This document shows positions 1-9,202 of a stretch of DNA of 64,000 bases, in pieces. Both the position numbers and the translations under genes were made by a program. The notes under the pieces are model-generated. The model worked only from the letters and a program-made list of their open reading frames with translations, was not told the origin of the DNA and ran no database searches. The number at the start of each line of letters is the position of its first letter. Positions within the stretch are counted from its first letter, which is position 1. The DNA lies in IMG/VR virus record IMGVR_UViG_3300025131_008220, positions 19,920 to 83,919 of that record; one strand, written 5' to 3'. The stretch comes from a virus.

Positions 1-1
1 A

Positions 2-757
2 CACGTCGCAGTTGTCGTGCACATCAGAGTTTAAGACAAGTTTGAGTTTAGAGTTGCTTTCTCTTAGTTTGTTGCTTACGGTAAGATGTGGAGAAGTAGG
101 ATTATTAGCACTGTCCTTGACGTATTTTCCCATATCTAAAAATACTTTAGAAAACTCATCAATCTGATCTGAACTAGAGAAAAACCAGAGATCGTTTATG
201 CTTGTTGCCACAGTATAGCCGCTGACTCTCGTTTGCCATATAGAAAAGGGCGCATAAAAGTAACTCATGTCGTAGTCAGAAAAAACAAAGTCCTCGAAGG
301 CAAGTAGGTCGTATCTGGTAATGAAGACACAGTCATATTTAAAGTTATTTTCTTCCTCGTATTTCCTTTTTTGCTCTACGGCTTTATAAAAAGAATAAAA
401 TCTACTCCACTGCGCTTTTGAGCATTCGCGCTGATGCTCGATATTTTGATCGCCTTTGCAGAACTCCTCCGTGTCGAAGTCTTTATACTCCTCGGATAAA
501 TATTTTTTAGGTTTGTATAGGTCTAGGAGCTGTTCTTCGTAGTCTAAGTCACGAATATGCAAGAAGGTGTCAACGTTCTCGTTTTTACTAAATATATGGT
601 GATCATATTGTCGGTGCCCTAGTTGGGGGTCGATAGTGTTAAAGGGCGTGGCCGTAAGACCATCTGCCGCAGAGCCTTTGGTTACATCGTGAACACCTCT
701 GCCCCATTTTCCGCTTTCATGGCCTAACATGCCAGCTAAACAAACAGCTATTCTCAT
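2..757 (-). CDS. Putative glycosyltransferase-like protein, partial (runs off the left edge); paralogue of 2158..3018
   Basis: Not in the ORF track. ATG at 757 overlaps the gmd stop (ATGA). Manual translation gives MRIAVCLAGMLG...LYKPKKY...YDCVFITRYDL, matching MKVALCLIGMVG...LYKPKRY...YDLVYIGRYDV of 2158..3018. Confidence 0.7.
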   Translation of the reverse strand, partial: MRIAVCLAGMLGHESGKWGRGVHDVTKGSAADGLTATPFNTIDPQLGHRQYDHHIFSKNENVDTFLHIRDLDYEEQLLDLYKPKKYLSEEYKDFDTEEFCKGDQNIEHQRECSKAQWSRFYSFYKAVEQKRKYEEENNFKYDCVFITRYDLLAFEDFVFSDYDMSYFYAPFSIWQTRVSGYTVATSINDLWFFSSSDQIDEFSKVFLDMGKYVKDSANNPTSPHLTVSNKLRESNSKLKLVLNSDVHDNCDV

Positions 758-1788
758 ATGTAATCCTTAATGTCGTTGTCAACCATATCTTTGACCATCT
801 GATTAAATGAAATTTCTCTTTTCCAGTTAAGCTCTTGCTCCGCAATAGTTGGATCTCCGTGAAGAAGGGTTACTTCTGCTGGTCTGAACCATCTTTCATC
901 AACCTCTGCTAGTACCGTGTTTTCTTGAAACACTCTGAATCTAGCCTCCTTACCTTCCCCGCTCCAAAGGCCTGCGATGCCTGCGTTTTGGAAAGCTAGA
1001 GAAACAAAGTCTCTTACAGAATGAATCTTACCGCTTGCTAAAACATAGTCTTTAGGCTTGTCTTGGTTGAGCATTAGCCAAACGCCTCTCATGAAGTCTC
1101 TGCTGTCGCTCCAGTCTCTTTTAGAGTCAACGTTCCCCAGTTTGAGGGTCTCAAAGCTTTCTTTATTTTTTGTTTTATGGTAAATTTCTGCAACCTTTTG
1201 GGTGATTTTCCTAGTAACAAACTCGGCTCCCCTTCTTGGGCCTTCGTGGTTAAAGAGGATTGAATGAACTGCGTAAAGATTATAAGAGTCCCTGTATACT
1301 TTAACTAAATGCCTAGCAGCAGCTTTAGACGCTCCATAAGGACTCCTTGGTTTGATTGGGTGTTTAATGTCTTGAGGGACGTAGTCTACGTCTCCAAACT
1401 CTTCCGAAGATCCGGCACTATAGAACCTACAGTCGGGCTTAAATTTTCTAATCGCTTCTAGGCATCTTATGACTCCTCCGGAGTTGACATCCATTACGCT
1501 TAGGGGCATGTCCCAGCTAACACCGACATATGAATTAGCTCCAAAGTTAATCAAATAGTCGGGTGTTATTTTTTTGACTAATCTATCTATGCTTGCGCTA
1601 TCAGACAGGTCTCCATCAACAAGCTCGAACCTGTCGTTGTTTTTAAAACTCTCAATGTTATCGTAATTAGGAGTGCCTGAACGGCGCTGCATTCCATATA
1701 CCCGATGATCCGTGCTGGAAAGCAGGTATTCTGCCATGTTGGCTCCGTCTTGCCCTAAGACCCCTGTAATCAATACTTTCTTGCTCAT
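754..1788 (-). CDS. gmd: GDP-mannose 4,6-dehydratase
   Basis: ITGVLGQDG nucleotide-binding motif, SPYGASK catalytic YxxxK, LFNHEGPRRG, FVTRKIT, LGNVDSKRDW, RPAEV. Confidence 0.95.
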   Translation of the reverse strand: MSKKVLITGVLGQDGANMAEYLLSSTDHRVYGMQRRSGTPNYDNIESFKNNDRFELVDGDLSDSASIDRLVKKITPDYLINFGANSYVGVSWDMPLSVMDVNSGGVIRCLEAIRKFKPDCRFYSAGSSEEFGDVDYVPQDIKHPIKPRSPYGASKAAARHLVKVYRDSYNLYAVHSILFNHEGPRRGAEFVTRKITQKVAEIYHKTKNKESFETLKLGNVDSKRDWSDSRDFMRGVWLMLNQDKPKDYVLASGKIHSVRDFVSLAFQNAGIAGLWSGEGKEARFRVFQENTVLAEVDERWFRPAEVTLLHGDPTIAEQELNWKREISFNQMVKDMVDNDIKDYI

Positions 1789-2147
1789 AAATTAAGATCT
1801 CCTATTCCTTCGTTCCTTGTAAGGTTGTGAGCAAATGCTGTTAGTGTCCCGTCGGGTTTCTTGTCATTTACTAAATGCCTAACTCCTCCGCCTACGCCCA
1901 TAATAAGTTGATCGTAAAAGATATTCATATTCGCTAACTGCATTTCCGTAAAAAGCCTAGAGCTTTCTTTCCTTCCGGTCATAAGTACTATGTTATAACC
2001 CTTACCTTCCCATTCGTCTATTTTTTCAATAGTAGATCTTAGGGGCTTCTCGTCTGATTTGTACTCGCTCGTTGCTTTGGATAAAGTACCTCTGTGCTCT
2101 ATCAGGGTTCCGTCAATGTCTAATATGATTGTTTTTACTGGTGTCAT
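1785..2147 (-). CDS. Small HAD-superfamily phosphatase
   Basis: DIDGT motif I, MTGR motif II, YDQLIMG; capless size of 120 aa. Confidence 0.8.
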   Translation of the reverse strand: MTPVKTIILDIDGTLIEHRGTLSKATSEYKSDEKPLRSTIEKIDEWEGKGYNIVLMTGRKESSRLFTEMQLANMNIFYDQLIMGVGGGVRHLVNDKKPDGTLTAFAHNLTRNEGIGDLNL

Positions 2148-2157
2148 TTGAAAATAT

Positions 2158-3018
2158 TTACTTATTTTTAAAAATTAGTCTTCTAACTAAGGGAAAGTCG
2201 TCGTGAGTATGAAACTTAAAGTCTAACTTATCTAACAGGCCTTCTTTTTCAAGGTGAGCGGGAGCTAGCCTGTGATTAGATATGTTACCTGCCCAGTCTG
2301 TAACAGAGTTTTTCTTCTCTCCGTTCCATGATCGACCCGGTCTCGTGTACTCGTTTAAATTGTCGAATAGCCCGCAAAACTTATCCATGTACTCGGGGTT
2401 GCTTATAAACCAACGATCAATTACCCCTTCGTCGTTGTGAGGATAACCTACGAGCCTTGATCTGTAGCCTTTAGCTTTCTGCTCTTCGTTTATCTGGCCT
2501 CTAACTACTAAATCTTTTTCTAGATGGTGCCATTCATGATTACCTACATCTTTTCCATTTTTAGAAATTCTATTCCAATAACCAGCATAAAATTTATTTT
2601 TGTCAAGTTCTTTAAAAATTACGTCAGTCTGCCAAGCAACATCGTACCTACCTATGTATACAAGATCGTATTTCTGCCCAGAGACTTTCTCGTAGTCTTG
2701 TCTAAGGTGGCTAGCTATCTTGTAGCTGAACCACATGTGATAATGCCCCTGTTTTCTTGCTCGATCTCCTGTCACATGGCTCGGTATGTTGAAAGTCGGC
2801 TCAGGTATGAACATATATCTTTTGGGCTTGTAGAGAGAAAGAATCTCCTCCGAAAATTGGACAGATGAAGTGTGGCAGAAAATATCCACATCGTTTTTGT
2901 CCACAATATGTTTTTTATACTGCTTGAAGCCAGACTTAAGGACTTCTAAGGATTGGTTAAGGCCGTATTTACCGTCCTTACCTCCCACCATCCCTATCAA
3001 GCACAGAGCAACTTTCAT
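2158..3018 (-). CDS. Putative glycosyltransferase-like protein of glycan loci
   Basis: N-terminal MKVALCLIG strand, DIFCH, YDLVYIGRYDV, DRWF; cluster context. Confidence 0.55.
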   Translation of the reverse strand: MKVALCLIGMVGGKDGKYGLNQSLEVLKSGFKQYKKHIVDKNDVDIFCHTSSVQFSEEILSLYKPKRYMFIPEPTFNIPSHVTGDRARKQGHYHMWFSYKIASHLRQDYEKVSGQKYDLVYIGRYDVAWQTDVIFKELDKNKFYAGYWNRISKNGKDVGNHEWHHLEKDLVVRGQINEEQKAKGYRSRLVGYPHNDEGVIDRWFISNPEYMDKFCGLFDNLNEYTRPGRSWNGEKKNSVTDWAGNISNHRLAPAHLEKEGLLDKLDFKFHTHDDFPLVRRLIFKNK

Positions 3019-3997
3019 GTAATTCCTTTATTTTGTTCGACAATCTAAGCTTAATTAATTCCTGCAGCCCGCTTAACTCTTTGGTTACATCTCTAAATTT
3101 ATCAGTATTAAAAATATAATGCCCGCAAACCTCAACTAAGAGTCTCTTTTCGTGCAAGTCCCGCGGAGAAAAGCCATCTGGTAACCATTTTAACCAAAAC
3201 CTAGACAAATAGCAAGCTTTAAATAGTCTTTCAAACAAATCTACTCTTTCTTCTTCTTCTATTTTGTGTAAAGTGCATCTAGTTTCTTCTACTCCTGCCT
3301 CTGGTGCTATATTTATGGCGTCTAGGCCTAGTTCGAATCTTCTTCTTATTAAGTCTCCCTTTAGATAGTCACCATTATGTTCTTTGCTCAGTAAGCCAAA
3401 GTCTTTGCAGACAGAAATCATTTCTTCACATCTTTTCTCATTAAATACCCCCGTGTTTGTTGTCCCTGAAAGACCTACGCCAGACTGTATAACGGCAAAC
3501 TTAATTCTATTAAATCTTTCTCCTAAGTCTTTTTTTAATTTATTTAAAAAAACTCCTAACTCGGAAGGGGAATACTCTCTTATCGCTTGCTCGGTTCCTA
3601 CTTCGAATTTACAATTATTATCGCTTGATTCACAGCAGGCATTAATGCTAAGCGTTGTAACTAGAACCGCCGAATCTATATCTTCAAATTTCTTCCAAGG
3701 GTCAACGTGAATTAAATCTAAATTATTTCTGGCGTCATCTTGTAAAGATTCTAACCCGTCGTCATTTGCTTGTCCTTGTGATGGCCCTCCGTGATCTCTT
3801 TGGATTAGGATTTTATCTGTACGCTCCCTTACGTAATTGGTAAATTCTTTAGTGTTCCAATTGTTAACATATCCTCTACTGTTGTCTATTTGTCTTCTAG
3901 AGGGTATGAGTCCTAGGTTCCACCCTTGGGTTGCTAGCTCAATAGTCGTATCGACTATATTCTTGCTCATCGGGCCTATGAATAATTTAGGAAGCAT
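2978..3997 (-). CDS. GatZ/KbaZ-like TIM-barrel protein (tagatose-6-phosphate 4-epimerase / aldolase-subunit family)
   Basis: LIPSRRQID..GY, RDHGGP, IHVDPW, EVGTE, KEHNGDY and NIAPE motifs resemble the GatZ/KbaZ family. Confidence 0.65.
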   Translation of the reverse strand: MLPKLFIGPMSKNIVDTTIELATQGWNLGLIPSRRQIDNSRGYVNNWNTKEFTNYVRERTDKILIQRDHGGPSQGQANDDGLESLQDDARNNLDLIHVDPWKKFEDIDSAVLVTTLSINACCESSDNNCKFEVGTEQAIREYSPSELGVFLNKLKKDLGERFNRIKFAVIQSGVGLSGTTNTGVFNEKRCEEMISVCKDFGLLSKEHNGDYLKGDLIRRRFELGLDAINIAPEAGVEETRCTLHKIEEEERVDLFERLFKACYLSRFWLKWLPDGFSPRDLHEKRLLVEVCGHYIFNTDKFRDVTKELSGLQELIKLRLSNKIKELHESCSVLDRDGGR

Positions 3998-5528
3998 TAT
4001 ATTTATTTAAATAAAATTTACCAAAATAAAACAAAAAGGTTTTAAGCTCTCCTTCATGCAGGGGTGCCATGTTGACCCATATCAAAGAGGTGAGAATCTC
4101 AACCTTCTTTATGTCATACTCGTATCGAGACAAAAAATCATACAAAACTTCCCTGCAACGACCCAGCTTATCGCTTCGGAAAATATCTACCTCCACTCCG
4201 CTAGAAGAAAAATCGACTTTATAATAATTAGAAGAAGCTATGTCAAACGTCAAGCCATGGTTCAATTTGGCAAGGTCATAATAAACGTCGCCAACTTCGC
4301 TGCCTCCGAACTCCTGCCTCCAGTCTATTAAGGTAAATTTTCCATTTTTTTCTATTATATTATCTGGAACACAGTCTCCATGAAACTTACAGGGTATGCC
4401 TTCTGTTAGTTTATAATCAAAATCAAGGTTTGATAAAATTTGTTTTACTGGAATGCAGTGCATCCCATTGATTCGTTCGTTTTTGTCCTCAATTCCTGTG
4501 GCCTCCTCTAATTTATCTATTCTTTCTATAGTCTTTTTGAAATAAAAACTACGGCAGGACTCCATAAAGAGCTGACTTGATTCTCTAGGTTTCCATAGGT
4601 CGTCGGAACACCAGTTAAGAAAAGACCTCATCTTATCTTCGTTTATAGTTTTTGCAAATGCTTGGCCATCTACTTTTTCATATTTATAAAAATTATTTAT
4701 ATGCCCTGTTATTTCTGGCGCTAGTCCTTTTAGTTTGTTCGCTCTAGATACCCTTTTTTTAGATATATTTTCGTCATGAAAGAATTTGACTATAGAGCCG
4801 TCTATTAGATATATATTTTCTTCTGGCTTATCTAGCACTTCTAGCTCTGATTGAACTGAATTTCGAGTCGAGCTTAACTTTCTGGTATTCCCTATGTCTA
4901 GCCAAGTCTTGCTCTCGATGACTTTAAAGTCACAGTCATCTTTAGACATTTCGTTTATAGCGTGGCAGTCTGACTCGCTTTCGGGCTTAAGTTTTTGCCA
5001 AAAGTTTTCAAAGTCTCTTATTCCGCAGAGGCCTATGTAAGATAAGTTCTTAGTGTTTGGTGGTGCGGCTCCTTTATCTCTGAATTTTATAAATTTAGAT
5101 CCCTGTTTCTCTATGGTTCTATATTGGTCGTTGCCAGCCTCGTGGTAGCCGAACACCCAGTTGTGACTTGGTTCGGGTATTCTTTCTTGAGCGATTGTGT
5201 CGCAGGCATTAAATACAAAGGGGCACTGTAGGTGTTTTGAAGCTTCGAGCATTGAGAGCCCGAGACTGCTGCCTTCCCCTTCGAATTTTGAAACCTTTAC
5301 AAAGGTAAAGTTTTTATTTGGGTAGACTAGGTTCAGAAAGTCATGAACATGCTGCCCATAGTGGCCTAAAGTCACGACAATCTCTATATCGTCAGAATAG
5401 TTATCTAATATATGGCTTATGCAGGGCTTATCCCCTACTCTTACTAACGACTTGTTAGTAAAGGTAGTTAGATCTCCGAGTCTACTGCCTATTCCGCTGG
5501 TAGTTAGTAAAACTTTATACTCACTCAT
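3987..5528 (-). CDS. Nucleotidyltransferase fused to an APH/choline-kinase-like phosphotransferase
   Basis: N-terminal GIGSRLG...NKSLV NTP-transferase signature; C-terminal HGD..DN, IDWR, GDVYYDLAKL. Start moved to ATG 5528 (ATGA overlap). Confidence 0.8.
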   Translation of the reverse strand: MSEYKVLLTTSGIGSRLGDLTTFTNKSLVRVGDKPCISHILDNYSDDIEIVVTLGHYGQHVHDFLNLVYPNKNFTFVKVSKFEGEGSSLGLSMLEASKHLQCPFVFNACDTIAQERIPEPSHNWVFGYHEAGNDQYRTIEKQGSKFIKFRDKGAAPPNTKNLSYIGLCGIRDFENFWQKLKPESESDCHAINEMSKDDCDFKVIESKTWLDIGNTRKLSSTRNSVQSELEVLDKPEENIYLIDGSIVKFFHDENISKKRVSRANKLKGLAPEITGHINNFYKYEKVDGQAFAKTINEDKMRSFLNWCSDDLWKPRESSQLFMESCRSFYFKKTIERIDKLEEATGIEDKNERINGMHCIPVKQILSNLDFDYKLTEGIPCKFHGDCVPDNIIEKNGKFTLIDWRQEFGGSEVGDVYYDLAKLNHGLTFDIASSNYYKVDFSSSGVEVDIFRSDKLGRCREVLYDFLSRYEYDIKKVEILTSLIWVNMAPLHEGELKTFLFYFGKFYLNKYNAS

Positions 5529-6742
5529 ATCTTTGGGTTCCAACACATAAATATAACTCTGTATCCAGAAGAGTAGGCGTCATAGGCAAAGAGGAATCTA
5601 ACTCCATGGAAAAACTTACTGAAAAACTCTCTCATTTCTTTTAATGGTATGTTCATTAGTTTATGATTTGCTGTAGACTCAAAGCAAAGATACTCGGTCC
5701 TTCTAGCTATGTCAGCAATAAAGTTTTCTGATCCTTTCGTGTGGGGATATATTTGGTGCAGCACAGACGAGAGGAACGTAAGATGGTATTTGTTTTTATC
5801 ATTCTTTACAAAGTCTACTGCGTCTGCTTCTATATATTCTATATTTTTTAAACCAGTTATCTCGTCTCTGATCTCAGAGGCTAACTCTATGTCGTGGTTG
5901 TATAAATCTATTCCGGTAACAGACTCGGCCCCGGCTAAGCTAGCTTGAGTAGAAAAGAAGCCTTCGTTACAGCCTAAGTCGAGGACTTTCTTGCCTTTAG
6001 CTTTATTCATATAATAGAAATTTAACTTTCTATAACTATCGAAGTTTTTGCCGTCGCTGCTGTACCCTTTGAAAGAGAAGCCGTTGTTGAATGTATGCCC
6101 TTGGTAGATTTTGCCTTTCCATTTGTTGTCTCCTTTGGATAGGTATCTCTTCACTGCGTTATTATAAATTTTCTGACAGTCTTCTTTACTTGCTTCTGTC
6201 GGGATCTCATACCTGTTTTTGTCAACCTTGAAGCGGTGAAAGTCTACTATTTTATCTCCTATAATATTGCCCTCCTTGCACCATTCATCTTCTGGGACTA
6301 TCTTCTCGTCTATGAAGGTGTTGTTTAATTTGTTCAACAAAGGGAGTGGTGCTTGTAGCTCTTTTTTCACGAAGGCGTGATCATTCTCTGGAATCCAACT
6401 TGGTACCCAAGGGGGTAAGTCTTCTTCTTCTAAATGATTCACCTTCATTAGAAGATGATTGCCGTCTATATTGTGCTCTACCACTTCTGGAAAAATATTT
6501 ATTTTTTTATTTTTGAAGTAGCTGATATTCTCAAAAGCCTCTTGTAGTGTCCCATATCTAGCCTCATTATCTTTTATCATCTTGAGTCCTACGCCGTCTT
6601 CCAATTTAACATAGAAGGAGTCGTCCGAATTAATGCAATGGCCTTTGATGGGTACGTCGTCGAGCATAAATTCAACGTCTCCGTGGGGCTTTCCGTTAAT
6701 GCGGCCCGGCTTCTTTTTGAAATTAAAATTATAAAGCTTCAT
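5525..6742 (-). CDS. Kinase-like domain fused to a class I SAM-dependent methyltransferase
   Basis: C-terminal VLDLGCNEGFF, GID, EADA, SVLHQ are clear MTase motifs; N-terminal GLKMI, DEWCKEGN, IVDF are only suggestive of a kinase fold. Confidence 0.7.
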   Translation of the reverse strand: MKLYNFNFKKKPGRINGKPHGDVEFMLDDVPIKGHCINSDDSFYVKLEDGVGLKMIKDNEARYGTLQEAFENISYFKNKKINIFPEVVEHNIDGNHLLMKVNHLEEEDLPPWVPSWIPENDHAFVKKELQAPLPLLNKLNNTFIDEKIVPEDEWCKEGNIIGDKIVDFHRFKVDKNRYEIPTEASKEDCQKIYNNAVKRYLSKGDNKWKGKIYQGHTFNNGFSFKGYSSDGKNFDSYRKLNFYYMNKAKGKKVLDLGCNEGFFSTQASLAGAESVTGIDLYNHDIELASEIRDEITGLKNIEYIEADAVDFVKNDKNKYHLTFLSSVLHQIYPHTKGSENFIADIARRTEYLCFESTANHKLMNIPLKEMREFFSKFFHGVRFLFAYDAYSSGYRVIFMCWNPKI

Positions 6743-7751
6743 AAATATCTTGTGTTAAAGGGAAATGAGTTTTTGTTATGCTTGATGAGATATTATAGTC
6801 TTTTCCTTCTCCTAGGTTATATATCTTAAAGTTAAAAGACTCTTGTAAAGTTTTTATATACTCCCAAAATATAACAAATTGTCTGTCTTGGAATCTGTTT
6901 CCATATTGTAAGTACCAATCCGGGCTTTGTTTGTTGCCGTCGAAAGCATGCTCCATGTTTTCTGATACGAAGCCATCGTTTCCCACTGTATAAATCTCAG
7001 AGGCTCCAGAAAATATAGCTAATACTATGAGTTTATAACCTACCCCTAGGGTTGAGGAGTATCTAGTATAATTATAAGAGCTGTTTTCTTCGAATCTACT
7101 GGTTAGGTTTTCTATTCTACTGAGTTCAATCTTGTCATGTATGTAGTTGGTAACTAAAGGAAAAGTCAGAAGCGCCTCTGTGTTCTCTATGCTCTCGACT
7201 AACTGCTGGCTTTCAAAATCTACTATTGAAGATAGGTAAAGTAAGTCTATTTGCTTTCTTGAAAGATCCTCGTTTTTATAGAACTCGTTGACTGTCCATA
7301 AGTAGTCGTAGTCTATTTTGTCCCAGTTTACTTCTTTGCTTGATGGCCCTCCAGAGACTATCATAACTTTTTTATTCTTGAATTTAGAATATTTCTCAGG
7401 CAGACTTATTACACAGTCATGGTTATTATGAACCAATGTCTCTTGTTTAGAAAAGACTCTTTCTTCTTTTATTTTGGTAATATAATCGCTATGCAAAAAA
7501 ATCGAGGCTCCGTCGGTGGGGGGAAGGAAGAAGTTCTGCTCCTTGCCTGCGTTTCTTGGTAGTGTATATTGATGCTCGCTAAAGACCTTGTCGTTGTTTG
7601 GGGAGTACCAAAGGCTATTGACCTCTACCCCGTGGGGGATGTTACTTAGGTGAGCTTGGACTTTGTCTGGCGTAAGGCCATCTACAGGAATGGTCTCTTT
7701 CCCATTGTAGAATAGAATACAGTTTTTTAATGTTGTTCCTAGCTCGAACAT
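6729..7751 (-). CDS. Maf/DUF115/GT42-like nonulosonate transferase candidate
   Basis: IVSGGPSS, TVNEFY, GASEIYTVGNDGF, KIYNL. Confidence 0.6.
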   Translation of the reverse strand: MFELGTTLKNCILFYNGKETIPVDGLTPDKVQAHLSNIPHGVEVNSLWYSPNNDKVFSEHQYTLPRNAGKEQNFFLPPTDGASIFLHSDYITKIKEERVFSKQETLVHNNHDCVISLPEKYSKFKNKKVMIVSGGPSSKEVNWDKIDYDYLWTVNEFYKNEDLSRKQIDLLYLSSIVDFESQQLVESIENTEALLTFPLVTNYIHDKIELSRIENLTSRFEENSSYNYTRYSSTLGVGYKLIVLAIFSGASEIYTVGNDGFVSENMEHAFDGNKQSPDWYLQYGNRFQDRQFVIFWEYIKTLQESFNFKIYNLGEGKDYNISSSITKTHFPLTQDIYEAL

Positions 7752-9202
7752 AGTATTTTTCTTTCAGAGAGGTCGTAAGAGTTAATGACCGGGTCTTCAT
7801 AAACTGAGTCGTTCGGGTAATGTGTTGTGGAGATCTCTTCTATTACGCACCCTTCTCTGCTGTAAAAAGAATGTTTAACTCCACGGTTGATTAAGACTGG
7901 AGAACCTTTCTTTAGTTGGATCTCTTTGTCGTTTAGAACCAAGGAACAGTCACCAGATAAGAGCTCAAATGCCTCCTCTTTTTTAATGTGGTGGTGACAT
8001 GGGTGGTGCTGCCCTTCTGATACTATGAGTAATTTTTTACAATACTCTCTATTTATTTTATTTATTATTACTACCCCATGCTTATTAAAGTTATCTAAAC
8101 CATAGTGTGCTGATATTTCTATCTCTTCATTAGAATCTAAATTTATATTGGCTTCTTTTAGTCTATTTTTAGCCTCTGTTATTATTTTAGACACTAGCTC
8201 CTCGTCAATTTTTTGTTGAAGGTCTTGTTTTGTTATTGCTGAATTAGATTTTAAATCTCTAGCTAAGGTGTTTCCTACTATATTGTCTACCTGAGAGGCG
8301 TCAAGTTGGTTCTCCTGCAAGGGCATAGCATAAAAAACGTCCTCCTCTCTTATCTTAGATCCTGTTGCAAGGTCAGCCCGCAAGTATGCTCCCCTCTTAA
8401 GGGTTTTTAGCGAAGAGGCTTCTGTCTCGTTTCGCTTTCTGTTGCGTAGGGTTGACTCAACAGATTGAACCTTTCCTATCATTATTCCAATAGCTGATGG
8501 CGTGCAAGAGTAGTCGTTAAGATCATCTCCTATTCCAACATGTTTTTCGATCATAGTGCAGCCCATTGCTCTTGCTATAGGAGCTATTGTCTCGTGAGGG
8601 AGCATTGGACTTTCATGCGTAGATAGCCCTATCTCTATATCTGGAAAATTATTTCTTAACTGATTAATCCTATTTAAGTTGGAGCGCTCTATGGGTGTTG
8701 GGTATTCCGCCACACAATGCATAAAAGCAAAGTCTTTCTTGTTGAATTTAAATAAATCATAAACTTTTTGTAGCTCTGGTATTGTTGCCCCCGCTGTAGA
8801 AATGATTATCTTCTTATTCTTTTTACAAATATCTCTCAATAAAGGCCAGTCGTCTATTGAACAGCTAGCAACTTTTATAGTAGATATGTTTAAATCGTCA
8901 AACCAATCTAGCGACTCGCTATCAAAGGGGGTGGACATAGATATGAAGCCGCTGTCATGAATGTGGTCTACTATTTCTTTGAAATCTTTTTTGTTAAGCT
9001 CCGTGCTTTTAAATCTTTTAACTAATTTTAAATCTGAATCAACGAAGTCTGGGTGGATGAAGGAGTCGAGCTGTCTAAATTGTAGCTTTATAGCCGCTTG
9101 TATGCGGTAGAGATCTTTAACCTCCTTGAATTCATCAATAATCTTTTTGGCATGCTTTACGCTGCCTTGGTGATTATTCGCCATTTCAAATATATATAGC
9201 AT
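7739..9202 (-). CDS. neuB: NeuB-family PEP-dependent nonulosonate synthase with SAF domain and C-terminal cupin (D-lyxose/mannose isomerase-like)
   Basis: EMANNHQG, KLQFR, STPFD, KVAS, HCVAEYP, GLSTHE, IEKH; C-terminal YCKKLL...HPCHHHIKKEEAF...H...EEIST cupin. Start set at ATG 9202 (TAATG overlap). Confidence 0.9.
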   Translation of the reverse strand: MLYIFEMANNHQGSVKHAKKIIDEFKEVKDLYRIQAAIKLQFRQLDSFIHPDFVDSDLKLVKRFKSTELNKKDFKEIVDHIHDSGFISMSTPFDSESLDWFDDLNISTIKVASCSIDDWPLLRDICKKNKKIIISTAGATIPELQKVYDLFKFNKKDFAFMHCVAEYPTPIERSNLNRINQLRNNFPDIEIGLSTHESPMLPHETIAPIARAMGCTMIEKHVGIGDDLNDYSCTPSAIGIMIGKVQSVESTLRNRKRNETEASSLKTLKRGAYLRADLATGSKIREEDVFYAMPLQENQLDASQVDNIVGNTLARDLKSNSAITKQDLQQKIDEELVSKIITEAKNRLKEANINLDSNEEIEISAHYGLDNFNKHGVVIINKINREYCKKLLIVSEGQHHPCHHHIKKEEAFELLSGDCSLVLNDKEIQLKKGSPVLINRGVKHSFYSREGCVIEEISTTHYPNDSVYEDPVINSYDLSERKILCSS

